64,000 nucleotides of DNA from Pseudomonadota bacterium (GCA_031416315.1 JANOTL010000153.1:32001-96000); one strand, 5' to 3'. Shown: positions 30,068 to 40,435, counted from the stretch's first letter. Numbers and translations are program-made. The notes: generated from the letters alone by a model not told the origin.

Positions 30068-31615
30068 TTACGCCGGGAGGAGCGCTTCGAAATCATCGGC
30101 CGTGACGCAGTCTGGCAGCCGCTCAATGACCCGGGTCAGGTAGCTCACCGGCTCGACGCCGTTAGCCTTGGCGGTGAGGAGGAGGCTGTAGATATTGGCG
30201 CTCGCCTGCGCGCCGGCCTCGGTGCACATGAAGAGCCAATTTTTTCTTCCGAGGGCGAATGGCCGGAAGGAGTTTTCCGCGAGGTTATTGTCGAGCTCGA
30301 TGGCGCCGTGCTCGAGGTAGTTGCGGATGTGCGGCAACTCTTCGTCGGCGTAGCGCAGCGCCGCGAAGTACGGCGAGGAGCTGGCGACTGCCTGCCGCTC
30401 GTCGGCGACGAGCTGGGCAAGGTCGTCGAAGAGATGTTCGGCCCCTTGCTCGAGCCTATAGGCAAGTCGCGTTTCTGGCGCGAACGGTCGGCAAACATCT
30501 TCGATCTCGTAAAGCGCTTTGACCATCTTCACGATCTTCGCGGCCGGGTGCGCGGCGCGCTGGTCTTTCGCGGTCGTGGCGATCACGTCCTTGAATTTGC
30601 GCACGACGTGCGCCATGCAGCCGACGCGCGTGCGCGGTGAGGTGTCGCCGAACAGGAGATCGTAGGAAGCAAAGCCGTCGATCTGCACAAACCCCTCGTA
30701 GGAGCCGAGCAGCTTCTGCGCTACCTCTTTTTTTCGCGACAGGTCGAATTCGAAGACGACAAGCGGCTTCGGCCCCCAGCGCGAGATTTGCCACATGTAA
30801 GCCTGGTGCGACGTGCGCGCGCCGTCTTTAGTGAGCACGCGCACCGGAGTCTCGTCGGCGTTTACGACGGGACCGTCCAGAATGCGCTCGTGGATGAGGC
30901 CAATCAGCGGCTTCACCGCCTCGCCCAGCCTGATTACCCAATCGGCCATCACCTGACGCGTCAGATGCACTCCGGATCGGCTGTAGATTTGTTCTTGGCG
31001 ATAGAGCGGTAGATGATCGCAGTATTTCGCCGCGACAATCTGCGCCAAGAGCGACGGAGCTGCGTAACTTTGCGGGATGAGCGCCGGCAGCGGCGGCTTT
31101 CTGATGGGAGCACCCTTGCAGGTGTCGCAGCCGTATTTCGGGAAGCGGTGCTCGACCACCTCGAACTTCGCCGGGGTTTATTTCAGCTCCAGCTTGACGT
31201 CATAGCCCATGGGAGAAAGCGACGAGCCGTTGGTGGCGCAGGTTTTCTCGGCGTCATCGACATCATGTTCCACGACCGTGCGCGGGAGATGGTCGGGGAT
31301 CGCCGGTTTTTTCTTTTTCCGCTTCTTGGGATTATCCGCCGGCTGCTCGTCGTCGTCGACCAAAGTCTCGACCTTTGGGTCGAGGGTCATCTCAGCTTCG
31401 TCGAACATCTCGCGCAACGCGGCGGACGACACGATGTCCGGACGCGCGGCACGGAGAGCTATCAGGTACTGCTGCTTGATGAAGGCGATCTGCTGCTTGT
31501 AGTACGCGTGCGTCTTTTCGAGCTCGCCCACGAGGTCCTCGCAGACGGCTTTGGCCTCCGGCGTGAGGCTCGCCGGGATTTCGTAGGATTTGAGTTTGAG
31601 CGCTCGTTGCTGCAT
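30068..31615 (-). pseudogene. tnpC: IS66 transposase TnpC with an in-frame TAA at 31178-31180
   Basis: IPDHLPR, KYCDHLPLYRQ, ADETP, GCMAH.RKF, DNNLAE; the two listed ORFs share one frame (LELK*TPAKFEV). Confidence 0.9.
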
Positions 31616-31648
31616 CGGAGAAAAACTTAGCAGAGTCGCGCGCACCAA

Positions 31649-32005
31649 TCACGCAAATCTCTTCGGCTTCGTCGGCGCGTGCGCGACGCCCTCGAAGATA
31701 TTGAGACCATCGAGAAATCTGCCGAGGTCTCGCCACGACAGCGTGCGCGTCGCCTGGCTGCGCGGGCTTTGGACCTTGAACAGGTCACGCTCGAGCCGCA
31801 TTTGCCAGAGCGCCACTCCGGTGCCGCGCCAGTAGAGGATCTTCGCCTTCTTCTTGTCGATCGAGACGAACACGAACCAGTGTCCTGCCCGCATCTCACC
31901 GGGCAGCTCCAGATCGACGATGGCGGCGAGCCCGAGGGCCTGCTTTCTGAAATCCACTGCCTTGCCGTAGTAGAAGACCTTCTTTGGCCGGCTACGATAA
32001 AGCAT
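31649..32005 (-). CDS. tnpB: IS66 accessory protein TnpB
   Basis: VDFRK...GL, FVF, KILYW..TG..LW..RLE...F. Confidence 0.9.
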   Translation of the reverse strand: MLYRSRPKKVFYYGKAVDFRKQALGLAAIVDLELPGEMRAGHWFVFVSIDKKKAKILYWRGTGVALWQMRLERDLFKVQSPRSQATRTLSWRDLGRFLDGLNIFEGVAHAPTKPKRFA

Positions 32006-32273
32006 TGGACCAGGCGCCGACGATCTGCGGCAGGTGCGCCACGTCGAAACCGCTTAGCGTGAGCGTGCCGCGCTCGTCGCGCGCAATCACTAGCTCGGTC
32101 CCGACCTGGAATTCTTCGAAACGCTTCGGCTGCCGGCGCCGCTTCGCCCTCTGCTTATAAAGGTGATAGCGGAACGTCTCTAGCTTGATGCCGGCGACGG
32201 CGCAGTAGGCTGCCGCGCTCTGCGACGACCCGCGAAATGCGGCTATGTGCTCAGACCAATCGAACTTCGTCAT
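31992..32273 (-). CDS. tnpA: IS66 TnpA-like HTH protein
   Basis: W..HI..F..S..S...YC...GI...TF.Y pattern; position within the IS. Confidence 0.8.
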   Translation of the reverse strand: MTKFDWSEHIAAFRGSSQSAAAYCAVAGIKLETFRYHLYKQRAKRRRQPKRFEEFQVGTELVIARDERGTLTLSGFDVAHLPQIVGAWSNALS

Positions 32274-32349
32274 GACGGCTCCCGTGAAATGGAGCGGGAT
32301 CGTGGACGAATGCGGGTCGGCGATCAACCTGGAAAGGACGATCGCTTAC

Positions 32350-32636
32350 TTTACGAGGCGTTCGCCGGCCAGGTCCTGTGCACGCTCCGCGCCTGGGAAT
32401 CCGCGGATTACTGCAAGAAGACGCTCGGGATTAGCGTGGTGCTTGGCTCCGTTGACCGCACGAGGCTGAACGTCAACGGCAGCAGCCTTGCCGTAGGCCA
32501 CCCTTTCGCCGCGACCGGCGCCAGGATCGTCGGCACTTTGGCGAAGCTCCTGGCGATGGGCGGCAAGAAACGCGGGCTGATCTCGATCTGCACTGCTGGC
32601 GGGATGGGGATCGCCGCGATCATGGAATCGGTTTAG
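32350..32636 (+). pseudogene. Thiolase C-terminal fragment
   Basis: EAFAGQVL, LNVNGSSLAVGHPFAATGAR, SICTAGGMG; begins at the IS66 end. Confidence 0.9.
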
Positions 32637-32727
32637 ATGCGCTTATCGACGCGAATGACCGCGGGAAACATCCTGGATGCCGTTTCCTTCAGGCAAATCC
32701 AGCGAAGTCGATCAGCGTGGTTTCCAT

Positions 32728-34581
32728 TCACGCGGCGTCTCCAGCCTCTTTTGCCAGTCGAGTTAGCAGATACAGCTGCATCTGCTGCATCCCTTTCAAT
32801 GCGACCAAGCCGCGGTCGGAGAAATCGTAACTGCTGCCGAGTGCTGAGCGAACAGCCTCGGAGACCTGAATGGCGTCTTTGACGCCGTGGGACTCGAGGC
32901 GAGATGCCGTGTTCACTGTTTCTCCCCACAAATCGTAGTGAAAACGATTCGTCCCGATCACTCCCGCGACGAGGGGCCCGCAGTGTATGCCCGTTTTGGC
33001 GGCCAGATCTAAATCGTTTGAGTCCGCAAACCTTCGTACGATATCCCGGACGTCCAGCGCGAAATCAGCCATTCGCTGCACGTGATCAGTCGACGGGTCC
33101 GGTACGCCGGAAACCGCCATGTAGGTGTAACCGATAGTCTTGATTTTTTCGACGCCATGATGAACGGCCGACTGATCGATCTGCGAGAACAATGAGTTCA
33201 GCAGGGCAACCAAGTTCTCCGGTGTTTGGGTCTGCGCAAGGTGCGTGAAACCGACCAGATCGGAGAACATGATGGTTGCCGAGTCATAGCGTTGAACAAT
33301 GGCTTCTCGGAGACTGACGCGGTCCTGCAGGCGGTCGGCAATCTTCGGCGGCAGAATGCTCCGCAAAAGCACGTTCGCCCGGGCCCGGTGGCGGGCAGTT
33401 TCTGTGACCGCGATGTAGGTCGCGCGCTGCGTGCGTTCCGATACCCGGGCGACAAACAGATAAATCGCGGTCCCAGCTACCATGAAGAAGTAAACAATAG
33501 TTGCGAGCTCGGCTTCTCTTGAGGGAGAGGACCAAAGCCCGAACAGATAGGCGCCCGTAAAAGTGGACATAGCCCGTAAGCGAACCGCAAAGATCATTGG
33601 CAAGGCGAAGTAGCCAGACAGGATCACGAAGTACCCAGCGATCGCCCCAGCATAATTGGCAGGCGAAACGAACGATGCAATGATTCCGCAGGTCAAGGCA
33701 AGTGCCAGCGACCCTAACTCGACTTGGGCGTCAAGAGACCGAATCGACGGTTTCGAAAGGAAGGCGGACAATGTCGCGAGGCCGACCACGACGACTAGAC
33801 CGAAGTGCGACAAGTTAGGCGTGGAACCCAGGTATTCGCTTCCCTTAGCGATTAAGGAGGCCGTGGTCACGGCCGTCCCGATTGCAAGAATGAATAGCAG
33901 GATCGTGCGATAGACCTTCATGTCGCCAGAGAAACGATGGTGTCGGTAGCGGGATTCGTCATCCGCACTAAACCGTAGCGCCCAAGCCTGGGTCGGGGGT
34001 TCGGCTTCCCTGGAAGCGAACGGGAGTCCCGGGGCAGTCGCTTCAGCGCCCGGCGGTGCGCTTGGGGCTTCCTCGGAGCTTTGTCCTGCGACGGCGTGAC
34101 GCAACGGGGCCTGAAGAACGTACCGTCGCGCAGCGCCGTGGTTTTTTCCCGCGCCGAGGCCGAGGTCGGCAAAAACATAGTTTTCGCTGAGGGCAGTACG
34201 CATCGTTTCCGATACCAGAATTTCACCTGCGACGCCGCTGGACTCCAGCTGGGCGGCGACTTTCACGGTCTCGCCCCATAAATCGAAGTGGAGCCTCGTC
34301 GTTCCAATCACTCCAGCAACGACGGGACCGCAATGCATTCCGATTCGGAGTTGCAATTCGATGCCGTTCAGTAGCGAGAATTTTTGCGCTGCCTCCCGCA
34401 GTTCAAAGGCAAAGTCAGCCATTCGACAGGCATGATTTCCGGCAACTTCTGGAACGCCGGCGACGGCCATGTAGGCGTCTCCGATCGTCTTGATTTTCTC
34501 GACTCCGCACTGGACGGCTGCGGCGTCGAAGCGGGAGAAGAGTGCGTTTAGGATGCTGACGAGACGTTCAGGCGGGCTCAC
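32728..34581 (-). CDS. Class III adenylate cyclase with two catalytic domains around a multi-TM block; N-terminally truncated, possibly a pseudogene
   Basis: EKIKTIG and G.HCGP.VAGVIG..R...DLWGETV each occur twice; ORF starts mid-domain with an in-frame stop just upstream. Confidence 0.85.
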   Translation of the reverse strand: MSPPERLVSILNALFSRFDAAAVQCGVEKIKTIGDAYMAVAGVPEVAGNHACRMADFAFELREAAQKFSLLNGIELQLRIGMHCGPVVAGVIGTTRLHFDLWGETVKVAAQLESSGVAGEILVSETMRTALSENYVFADLGLGAGKNHGAARRYVLQAPLRHAVAGQSSEEAPSAPPGAEATAPGLPFASREAEPPTQAWALRFSADDESRYRHHRFSGDMKVYRTILLFILAIGTAVTTASLIAKGSEYLGSTPNLSHFGLVVVVGLATLSAFLSKPSIRSLDAQVELGSLALALTCGIIASFVSPANYAGAIAGYFVILSGYFALPMIFAVRLRAMSTFTGAYLFGLWSSPSREAELATIVYFFMVAGTAIYLFVARVSERTQRATYIAVTETARHRARANVLLRSILPPKIADRLQDRVSLREAIVQRYDSATIMFSDLVGFTHLAQTQTPENLVALLNSLFSQIDQSAVHHGVEKIKTIGYTYMAVSGVPDPSTDHVQRMADFALDVRDIVRRFADSNDLDLAAKTGIHCGPLVAGVIGTNRFHYDLWGETVNTASRLESHGVKDAIQVSEAVRSALGSSYDFSDRGLVALKGMQQMQLYLLTRLAKEAGDAA

Positions 34582-34615
34582 AGCAGCACCTCAGGAACCA
34601 GACATGTAATCAGGA

Positions 34616-34649
34616 GTGATCCTCCGCGCCTCACCGCGCGGAGGATCAC
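34616..34649. repeat. Perfect 14-bp hairpin downstream of tRNA-Ser
   Basis: GTGATCCTCCGCGC-CTCACC-GCGCGGAGGATCAC. Confidence 0.8.
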
Positions 34650-34719
34650 GTACAGAATCACGTACGAACACTTTTCCCTTCCAGATTCGCCGAACAAGTC
34701 AGCAAGTTTGGAAGGGAAG

Positions 34720-34809
<90 letters not shown>

Positions 34810-34883
34810 AAGATGTCGACCGTCCTTGCGGACGGATGGCGAGCCGAAAATGTAACCCTCGGTGAGGCCCCGGGCAACCAAAA

Positions 34884-36677
34884 TCACCCCGGGCTGAGCA
34901 GCAAGAGCCTCTCGGGTTTGAGCTCCAGGGTCCAAACCTCGCCCCAGGCCGCCAGAGCCGCGGCTGCCGCATCACGCGGCATCTCCACCTGCACCTGGCC
35001 GCGACCGACCTCGAAGAAGAGGGTTGTTCGATGGGCCGACTCGCTCGTCTTCACCCGACGCCCGGCTACCTCGTTCGCACGCCCTTCCTGCCGCGGCTTC
35101 ACGACGACGTGATGGGCACGGATGCCGATCCGGTCGAAGGCGCGGTTGCTCGGCTCCGAGATCTCCAGCTCGACGCCCCATTCCTCGACCAAGGCGCGCC
35201 CCGCGCCGCGGGGCGTGGCGGCAGCGACGTTCTTCAATCCGGTCAACCGGGCCACCGACTCCCGCACGGGATCGTCGAAGACAGCGCGACAAGGCCCGCT
35301 CCGCACGATAGCCCCGTGGTCGAGCACGACGAGCTCATCGGCAATCCGAAAAGCCTCGTCGACGTTGTGCGTCACCAGAACGACCGTGCCCGAGAACACC
35401 GCCAAGGCCGCCGCGAGCTCGTGCTCCATCTGCGCCCGCAAGGGAGCGTCGAGGGCCGAGAGAGGCTCGTCCAACAGGAGCAGATCCGGCGCCGTCGCCA
35501 ACGCGCGCGCGATCGCGACCCGCTGCCTCTGGCCGCCGGAAAGTTCGCGTGGCGCTCGATGCGCGAATCCCGCGAGGCCTACGGTCCTCGTCCACTTCTC
35601 CGCCTCTGCCGCATCCTTTGCGCCGAAAGCGACGTTCTCTGCGACCGTCATGTTGGGAAAGAGGGCGTAATCTTGAAAGACGTAACCGATGCGACGATCC
35701 CGCGGCGCGAGGCCCCCGATCTCCCGCGCGCCGAGACGCACGTGCCCCCCCTCGGTCCGCTCCAGGCCCGCGAGCGAGCGCAAGAAAAGGCTCTTCCCCG
35801 ATCCTGACGGCCCGAGCACCGCGATCCGTCTCGACCGCGTTGCGTAGGTCACATCCAAGGTGAAATCGGCATCACGCCAACGAACCGACACGTCGAAGGT
35901 CCGGGCGGCGGCGGGGGTCGCCAGCTTCGTCGCCACCCCTTTCTTCGGTTCGGCACAGGGCGCAGCGCTCGTCCGCGTCTTCTTGCCGATCTTTCTCCCA
36001 AGCATCCCTTCCGACACCAAGACGACGGCGCAGCTCGCAATCATGATGCACGCCGACCAAATGGCCGCCATCCGCATCTCGCCAGACTCCACAGCGAAGA
36101 AGATCGCCATCGGCGCCGTTTGCGTCACCCCGGGAATGTTCCCCGCGAACATCAGCGTCGCGCCGAACTCGCCCAAGCTGCGCGCGAACGCGAGAAAGGT
36201 TCCCGCCACGATCCCGGGCCAAGCATTTGGCAGAGCCACCCGGAAAAAGATTCGCGCCTCATGCGCTCCGAGTGTTCGCGCTGCGGCGACGAGATGCTCG
36301 CCCACCTGCTCCAATGCCGCGCGACTTGTCCGGTACATCAGAGGAAAGGCGACGACCGTTGCCGAAATTACGGCCGCCGGCCACGAGAAAACCAAGGGCC
36401 GACCGAAGGTCGATTCGATCGTCTGACCCACCGGACTCCGCGCGCCGAACGCGAGGAGCAACAAAAACCCGATCACCGTCGGCGGCAACACCAACGGCAC
36501 GATGAACAGCACATCGAGGGCCCGCAAAATACTCGCCGGCCAAACGCCGCGCGCCCGGAGCATCCCCCAGGCTGCCGCGAGCCCGATGACGAAGGTCACG
36601 GCCGTCGCTGCGAGCGCCGTCTGCGCCGACACCAAAAGCGGCAGCCCGATTTCTGCCGCTTGAGAGGCCGACGTCAA
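34884..36677 (-). CDS. modB: Fused molybdate ABC permease and ATPase (ModB-ModC)
   Basis: PLVLPPTVIG, FARSLGEFGAT; then GPSGSGKS, LSGGQRQR, LLLDEP. Confidence 0.92.
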   Translation of the reverse strand: MTSASQAAEIGLPLLVSAQTALAATAVTFVIGLAAAWGMLRARGVWPASILRALDVLFIVPLVLPPTVIGFLLLLAFGARSPVGQTIESTFGRPLVFSWPAAVISATVVAFPLMYRTSRAALEQVGEHLVAAARTLGAHEARIFFRVALPNAWPGIVAGTFLAFARSLGEFGATLMFAGNIPGVTQTAPMAIFFAVESGEMRMAAIWSACIMIASCAVVLVSEGMLGRKIGKKTRTSAAPCAEPKKGVATKLATPAAARTFDVSVRWRDADFTLDVTYATRSRRIAVLGPSGSGKSLFLRSLAGLERTEGGHVRLGAREIGGLAPRDRRIGYVFQDYALFPNMTVAENVAFGAKDAAEAEKWTRTVGLAGFAHRAPRELSGGQRQRVAIARALATAPDLLLLDEPLSALDAPLRAQMEHELAAALAVFSGTVVLVTHNVDEAFRIADELVVLDHGAIVRSGPCRAVFDDPVRESVARLTGLKNVAAATPRGAGRALVEEWGVELEISEPSNRAFDRIGIRAHHVVVKPRQEGRANEVAGRRVKTSESAHRTTLFFEVGRGQVQVEMPRDAAAAALAAWGEVWTLELKPERLLLLSPG

Positions 36678-36679
36678 GC

Positions 36680-37450
36680 TCAGGAAGCCTTCGCCGGAAC
36701 TGGCGTAAATCCATGTTTTTCAAACACTTTTCGCGACTCGTCCTCGCCGAGGACATCGAGGAGCTGCCTGGCAGTGGCGGGGTTTTTCGATTTTTTTAAG
36801 ACGACGGCGGGGTAGGTGATCGGTTTGTGAAGTTTTGCGTCGGCCGTAGCCACGACGGTTACGTTCTTCGAGCCCCGCGCGTCCGAGCCGTAGACGAACC
36901 CGGCGTCGGCATTGCCGGACTCGACGAAGGTGAGGACCTGTTGCACGTTCATTCCAAACACGAGCCGTTTCTCCACCGCGTCGGCGAGCTTCATCGCCGT
37001 CAGCACTTCCATCGCATAGGTCCCCGCCGGTACGGCCTTGGGCTCACCGATCGCGATCTTCTTCACGGTTTCGCTCTTCAGGTCCTCGATTTTCGTGACC
37101 GTGGTCTTGCCCGCCTTCGGCACCACGAGCACCAAAGTGTTCCCGACGACGTCGATGCGCGTGCCGTCCAGCGTCAAACCCTTCTTCTCCAGCTCGTCGA
37201 CTTGTTTCGACGCCGCGCTCACGAAGACGTCAACCGGCGCGCCGTTCTCGATCTGCTGCTGCAAGGCGCCGGAGGCGCCGAAGTTGAACGTCACTTTCGT
37301 ACCCGCGTGCGTCTTCTCGAACCTGGCCGCGATCTCCTCGAGCGCGGCCTTCAAGCTGACGGCCGCCGAAACCGTCAATTCGGCCGCTTGAGCCCGCGCG
37401 CTCGCAAGCCCCAACGCCATCATCAACACCCAGACGATCTTCATACGCAT
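36680..37450 (-). CDS. modA: Molybdate ABC substrate-binding protein
   Basis: VSAAVSL, FGASG.L..QIE.GAP.DVF.SA, VPAG.YA, VY.SD. Confidence 0.95.
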   Translation of the reverse strand: MRMKIVWVLMMALGLASARAQAAELTVSAAVSLKAALEEIAARFEKTHAGTKVTFNFGASGALQQQIENGAPVDVFVSAASKQVDELEKKGLTLDGTRIDVVGNTLVLVVPKAGKTTVTKIEDLKSETVKKIAIGEPKAVPAGTYAMEVLTAMKLADAVEKRLVFGMNVQQVLTFVESGNADAGFVYGSDARGSKNVTVVATADAKLHKPITYPAVVLKKSKNPATARQLLDVLGEDESRKVFEKHGFTPVPAKAS

Positions 37451-37530
37451 TCCTCCAGATTCCCGAACTATGGTAAGCCATCATCAGACCGTCAAGCGTC
37501 GCCTGCACGCCCACCTCACGGGAGCACGGT

Positions 37531-37890
37531 ATGTCCGAATCCAAAGCCTACAAGGGCGGTTGCCACTGCGGCAAAGTTCGCTATGAAGCCACCATCGACC
37601 TCGCCAACACGATGAAGTGCAACTGCTCTATCTGCTCGAAGCGCAACTGGGTCCTGACCTTCGCCGGCGCCGAGCAATTCAAGCTAGAATCGGGCGAGAA
37701 AGTCCTCACCGACTACCAGTTCGGCAAGAAGAACATCCACCATCTCTTCTGCTCGAACTGCGGTACGCAGTCGTTCGCGCGCGCCGCCGGAAAAGACGGC
37801 ATCACGATGTACGCGGTCAACGTCAATTGCCTGGACGCGGTCGACGTCTCGACGCTGACGCCTAAGGCCGTCGACGGCAAGAGCTTCTAA
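37531..37890 (+). CDS. GFA (glutathione-dependent formaldehyde-activating) family protein
   Basis: GGCHCG.V, CNCSIC, H.FC..CG. Confidence 0.92.
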   Translation: MSESKAYKGGCHCGKVRYEATIDLANTMKCNCSICSKRNWVLTFAGAEQFKLESGEKVLTDYQFGKKNIHHLFCSNCGTQSFARAAGKDGITMYAVNVNCLDAVDVSTLTPKAVDGKSF

Positions 37891-37928
37891 AGGCTGCCAT
37901 CCGGTTGGATATGGTGAGTTATCGCGGA

Positions 37929-39428
37929 TCAGTGCAGAGAATCATAGAAGGACTCGATGATCCCGCGATCGTCGAAAGACACGTCTCCGCCGGCGACATG
38001 TTGCAGGCGCTCGTGACTGACCCCAGTCACGATCACGACGTCCTCCGGTTTCGCCGCCGAAAGCGCGCGTCGGATCGCCGCGGCACGATCCGGCTCGCGC
38101 AACACGTCACGCCCCGGCTCGGCGCCCGATGCGATCGCGTCGATGATTGCCGCTACGGCTTCGCCGCGCGGATGCTCGCTCGTGATCACGGCCAAATCCG
38201 CGAGCCGCGAGGCAATCGCGCCCGTCGGCTGCCGCTTGCTCGCATCGCGCTCGCCACCACATCCGCAGACCACGATCACACGACCGCCCGAACCGGGGCG
38301 CAGCTGCCGACGCGCCCAAGCCAAGGTCCGCTCCAAGGCGTCGGGCGAATGCGCGAAATCGACGAACACCCGTGGACCCGTCGTCTCCGTCGCGCGCGCG
38401 CCCTGCGCAGCTCCATGCACTTTTTCCAAGCGCCCCGGCGGCAAGGTCGCCGATTTCAGCGCCCGTGCCGCAATCGCGGGCTCGACACCGAGCGCATACG
38501 CCGCGGCGATCGCTCCCAAGGCGTTCAGCACGTTGTGCTCTGCAGGAAACGGCAGCTCCAAGGCGCACGGCCCGTCGGGCGTCACGAGTTGCCCGCGGCT
38601 GCCGCCCTCGCTTAGCGAGAGCTCCGAGACGCCGAAAGCGGCGTCGGCGTCGAACCCATAGGTGAAAATCCGACGTGCCGTCGTCTCGCGCAAGAGGCGG
38701 CGACCCCAGGTCTGGCCGCTCCAAATCACGGCCGCGTCGAGCTTCGGCCCGCGGAAGAGCCGCCGCTTCGCCTCGAAGTACCGCTCGAAGCTGCCGTGAT
38801 AATCCAGATGATCGTGAGTCAAATTGGTGAACAAGGCGACCTTGAACGTCAACGCGCCGGCGCGCTCCTGATCGAGGCCGATCGACGACGCTTCGATGAT
38901 CGCATCCGTCACGCCCGCATCGCGCATTTGCGCCAACTGGCGGTGCAGCACGTCTGCCGTCGGCGTCGTCAGTCCACGCGACGCATCGACTTCGGCGCCA
39001 TTGAGCGCATGCTCGGCGCCACCGACGAGCCCGACCTCGCGCCCCGACTCGCGAAGAATGTGCCGCAGCAGGAAGCCGACGCTTGTTTTGCCGTTGGTCC
39101 CCGTGATGCCGACGAGCCGCAAAGAGTCGCCCGGACAGCCGTTGAATCGCGCCGCCACCGCAGCGAACGTGCGGCGCACGTCGGCCACCAGCACGGCTTT
39201 CGCGCTGTTCACGAACGTCAGAGGATCATCGGTGACGACCGCGAGCGCACTGCGCCCGAGCGCCGCGCCCGCCAAAGCGCGGCCATCGGTCCGCCTTCCT
39301 AGGCGCGCGAAGAAGAGCACGCCGGGCGCGACGGCCTCGGCCCGTTCGGTAAAGCCGGCTACGAGCTCGTCATCTTCGACGTTCCGTCGCTCGCCCTCGT
39401 GGAGAGGCAATAGTTCGCTCAGACGCAC
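37929..39428 (-). CDS. murE: MurE-like Mur ligase (stand-alone, divergent)
   Basis: GITGTNGKTS, TTP, EASS, FTNLTHDHLDYH, VDFAHSPDAL, GCGGERD..KR; GTG start after GGGAGA. Confidence 0.85.
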   Translation of the reverse strand: MRLSELLPLHEGERRNVEDDELVAGFTERAEAVAPGVLFFARLGRRTDGRALAGAALGRSALAVVTDDPLTFVNSAKAVLVADVRRTFAAVAARFNGCPGDSLRLVGITGTNGKTSVGFLLRHILRESGREVGLVGGAEHALNGAEVDASRGLTTPTADVLHRQLAQMRDAGVTDAIIEASSIGLDQERAGALTFKVALFTNLTHDHLDYHGSFERYFEAKRRLFRGPKLDAAVIWSGQTWGRRLLRETTARRIFTYGFDADAAFGVSELSLSEGGSRGQLVTPDGPCALELPFPAEHNVLNALGAIAAAYALGVEPAIAARALKSATLPPGRLEKVHGAAQGARATETTGPRVFVDFAHSPDALERTLAWARRQLRPGSGGRVIVVCGCGGERDASKRQPTGAIASRLADLAVITSEHPRGEAVAAIIDAIASGAEPGRDVLREPDRAAAIRRALSAAKPEDVVIVTGVSHERLQHVAGGDVSFDDRGIIESFYDSLH

Positions 39429-39478
39429 GCCGTTTCTCCCGTGACCCTCGCATCGTAGCATGAACCCAAGCGGCCCTG

Positions 39479-40261
39479 CTAAACCGAGCGGCACCGAGAT
39501 GCGAGCAGCCCCGTGGCCGTGGCAAGCTCGAGATCGGCGATCAAGACCCCCTCCACGCCGTATGGTTGATGGCAAAGCAAGGTGCCGTCCGGATTGACGA
39601 CTGCCGAGGTCGTTCCCGACCCTTCGCTGGCATAGTTGTTCGTCGCGAAGAAGCAGGTGTTTTCCGCCGCGCGGCACAGCGCTGCCTTCTCGTGAAACGT
39701 ATTTGCGGGATCGGCGAACGTCTTCGGCCGGTAGCTTCCCGCCTCGGCGACGTGCAAATGCGGATGGAAAACGACTTTTGCGCCGCGGCGCGCCGCCCAG
39801 CGCACGGTTTCCGGATAGCGCCAACCCTCGTGACAGATCACGACCCCGAAGCTCAGCTCGCCGGCCTGGAAAAGGCGCCGTCCGTTCCCGGGCGCGTAGG
39901 TTTCGTCTTCCGACGGATCGAGCTGCTCTTTGTCCTGAAAACCGACCCGTGTGCCGTCCGCGTCGATCACCAGCGCGGTCGCGTGTAATTTTCCGTCGAC
40001 GAGCCGCTCGGTTCCCAAGATCACGGTAATGCCCGCGTGCGCTGCGACTCGGCCGATCGCACTCCACGCTCTCTCAAGAAACACCGCATCCGCGGGCGGC
40101 GGAGTTCGACCAAGCCCCCGATACCCTGGCACATAGCACTCGGGAAAGCAGACGACTCGCGCGCCATGAGCCGCTGCTTCCTCGATGGCCTTCCCGACGA
40201 GAACGACCGAAGCTTCAGGGCTCTCCGGGTACCGAAGATTTGCGAGAGCGATGCGGAACAC
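39479..40261 (-). CDS. Carbon-nitrogen hydrolase
   Basis: CFPE, QDK.QL, ICHEGWRYPE. Confidence 0.9.
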   Translation of the reverse strand: MFRIALANLRYPESPEASVVLVGKAIEEAAAHGARVVCFPECYVPGYRGLGRTPPPADAVFLERAWSAIGRVAAHAGITVILGTERLVDGKLHATALVIDADGTRVGFQDKEQLDPSEDETYAPGNGRRLFQAGELSFGVVICHEGWRYPETVRWAARRGAKVVFHPHLHVAEAGSYRPKTFADPANTFHEKAALCRAAENTCFFATNNYASEGSGTTSAVVNPDGTLLCHQPYGVEGVLIADLELATATGLLASRCRSV

Positions 40262-40354
40262 GAGATAGCTCTCCCTGTGTGACTCGAGCGGGGGAGTAGT
40301 TCATGAGCAAGGAGCTCCGATTTGAGCCGCGATCCAGACTAACACACGCGTGGA

Positions 40355-40370
40355 TGGCACGGCGAATGCA
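40355..40370 (+). promoter_or_regulatory. sigma54 -24/-12 promoter
   Basis: TGGCACGGCGAATGCA (GG-N10-GC) upstream of the DUF4360 gene. Confidence 0.6.
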
Positions 40371-40435
40371 GTCCTGCGGCCCGCATCGACCCGCACGCCG
40401 CGCGCTGATGCCGCAAAAATTTGGAGGATTCCTCG

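Larger units (their letters stand above)
30042..32349 (-). mobile_element. IS66-family element (inactive)
   Basis: Imperfect 27-bp terminal IRs GTAAGCGCTCTACGTTCCCAGCTTGAT / GTAAGCGATCGTCCTTTCCAGGTTGAT; tnpA-tnpB-tnpC; flanks gtagctac and tttacgag are not duplicated. Confidence 0.92.

Noticed and set aside
31160..31200. Programmed frameshift in IS66 tnpC
   Set aside because: Both parts are in the same frame, separated by one TAA; this is a nonsense mutation
34884..36677. ModB-ModC fusion as a novelty
   Set aside because: Such fusions are already known in other bacteria
37929..40067. 712-aa MurE with a long N-terminal extension
   Set aside because: The extension overlaps the hydrolase gene in another frame; the start at 39428 has an RBS
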